Made by a program: the position numbers and the translations under genes. Shown one piece after another: positions 26,863-28,068 of a DNA stretch of 28,068 nt. The stretch covers positions 1 to 28,068 of IMG/VR virus record IMGVR_UViG_3300021444_000006. One strand, written 5' to 3'. Every line of letters starts with the position of its first letter. Position 1 is the stretch's first letter. The notes under the pieces were generated by a model. That model was not told the origin of the DNA. It made no database searches and worked only from the letters and a program-made list of their open reading frames with translations. Source of the stretch: a virus. Its lineage: Duplodnaviria > Caudoviricetes.

Positions 26863-28068
26863 ATGGCCACCCGCATCCGTCCGGGCAAGCGCAAAGGCCA
26901 GCCACAGGTCGGCATCGCCCTGGACCGCTCGAACCCGATCACCAAGGCCCTGGCCTTCGCCGGCGTGATGGTGAATGGCGCCCTGGTCGATCTGGTATCT
27001 GGCACGCGGGGCACGCCCTCGGGCACGACGCTGCCGGCATTGACCAACATGGCCACCGGCCAACGGGGTCTGCAGTACGGCACCGCAACCTCGGCCGCCA
27101 CGGCGACCTACACCAACTTCGGCGCGCTGCCCGGCGTAGCTGATATCGCGCTCAACGGCGGCTCCATCTTCGTCTGGGGTAAATTCACCGACGCTGGCGG
27201 CTTCGCCGAGCGCAACGACAACAATTCGGTGAATGCCGGCTGGCAGTTCGGCGTGGATAGCAATGGCTTCCCCAGCTTCTTGGCAGAGCATTCCTCGGTC
27301 AACTTCATCGGCCGGGTCGTCACCAGCATCTTCGGCACGGCTTCCTCGGTCGCCGCCGCGTTCGCTGCCTCGCCGAGCATGGCCGCGGACTGCGCGATGT
27401 ACATCGGCGGCCAGCTGCAGACCACCAACCTCGGCGCCCAGGGCTCCGGTACGACCGGCTCGGATTCTGCCAATAGCCTGTACATTGGCCGCAACTCATT
27501 CAACAGCTCTGGTATTAACACTTCAGGCTCTTGCACTGGTGCCATGGAGATGGTGCTGATCTGGAAGCGCCAGCTGTCGGCCGCCGAGGTCTTATCGCTG
27601 CACCAGAACCGCTACCAGATACTGCGGCAGGTGCGCCGTATGCAGGTACAGGGGCCTGTCACTGGGGTGACAGTTGCGCTCACTGGCGTCAGCAGCGCTA
27701 GCGCGGTCGGCACCCTAGGCCTGACCAATACCCTGGCCCAGACGGGCAACAGCAGCACTAGCGCAGTCGGTACCCTGGGCCTGACCGATACCCTTGCACT
27801 GACTGGCAACAGCAGCACCACGGCGGTCGGGGCGCTCGCTGCCAACCTAACGGCTGCCTGCACGGGCTCCAGCAGTACCGGCTCGACCGGCAGCATAGCG
27901 CCCAATATCATCCTGGGCCTGACTGGTAATGTCGGCACCTCGGCCGTAGGCAACGTGGCCCTGGCCACCGCGATCACCGGCAACAGCAGCACCAGCTCGA
28001 CCGGAACGCTCGCCCCAGGCGATTCCGTGGCCACCACGGGCGTGGTCAGTAGTACCAGCCCCGGCAGC
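26863..28068 (+). CDS. LamG/concanavalin-like domain plus 20-aa-repeat fibre protein (3' truncated)
   Basis: Hand-translated open frame to the window end: MATRIRPGKRKGQPQVGIALDRSNPITKAL...LYIGRN...MEMVLIWKRQLSAAEVLSLHQNRYQIL, then VALTGVSSASAVGTLGLTNT-type repeats. Missing from the ORF track because it has no stop in the window. Confidence 0.8.
   Translation, partial: MATRIRPGKRKGQPQVGIALDRSNPITKALAFAGVMVNGALVDLVSGTRGTPSGTTLPALTNMATGQRGLQYGTATSAATATYTNFGALPGVADIALNGGSIFVWGKFTDAGGFAERNDNNSVNAGWQFGVDSNGFPSFLAEHSSVNFIGRVVTSIFGTASSVAAAFAASPSMAADCAMYIGGQLQTTNLGAQGSGTTGSDSANSLYIGRNSFNSSGINTSGSCTGAMEMVLIWKRQLSAAEVLSLHQNRYQILRQVRRMQVQGPVTGVTVALTGVSSASAVGTLGLTNTLAQTGNSSTSAVGTLGLTDTLALTGNSSTTAVGALAANLTAACTGSSSTGSTGSIAPNIILGLTGNVGTSAVGNVALATAITGNSSTSSTGTLAPGDSVATTGVVSSTSPGS
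27673..27852 (+). repeat. Imperfect 60-bp in-frame tandem repeat (3 clear copies, degenerate copies beyond)
   Basis: Units start at 27673, 27733 and 27793. All share ggc..cagcagc; the first two also share ctagcgc.gtcgg.accct.ggcctgacc.atacc. Confidence 0.8.

Larger units (their letters stand above)
1..28068 (+). mobile_element. Tailed phage/prophage virion morphogenesis module (podovirus-like, N4-gp56-type capsid)
   Basis: Co-oriented terminase, portal, scaffold, capsid, adaptor, nozzle, ejection and fibre gene order. Free phage and prophage cannot be distinguished within this window. Confidence 0.92.

Noticed and set aside
152-28037. Many long minus-strand and alternate-frame ORFs (e.g. 995-2551, 16000-17778, 20428-21552)
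   Set aside because: They are shadows of GC-rich + strand genes, with no recognisable motifs or RBS, and they fully overlap well-supported genes.
27673-28068. CRISPR-like array
   Set aside because: The repeats are in-frame, degenerate coding units without unique spacers, and no cas genes are present.

Overview
This GC-rich window is the virion morphogenesis module of a tailed dsDNA phage or prophage, and every credible gene lies on the + strand. Head genes come first: the 3' end of the terminase large subunit, portal, a small gene overlapping the portal, scaffold, an N4-gp56-family major capsid protein and a putative decoration protein. Next come a head-tail adaptor, a nozzle-like protein and fibre or appendage genes. 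A coiled-coil protein and candidate ejection proteins follow, including a 2099-aa protein with an HExxH motif and a PLxRFG-like domain. A second fibre/adhesin cluster runs off the right edge; its last gene (26863 to >28068, LamG-like plus repeats) is missing from the ORF track. No tail sheath, tube or tape measure is recognisable, so the morphology is probably podovirus-like. No integrase, lysis, replication, RNA genes or CRISPR were seen. The most interesting signals are: (1) long 20-21-aa repeat proteins paired with small proteins that share the capsid-type TAGGAG ribosome-binding site, suggesting repeat-templated multi-subunit fibres; (2) an FxxAFxxAT peptide shared by both scaffold termini and a separate small protein; (3) two mutually exclusive hairpins (terminator vs RBS-sequestering) at 23102-23131; (4) a possibly split nozzle. 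All family calls come from motif recognition and gene order, not from database searches.
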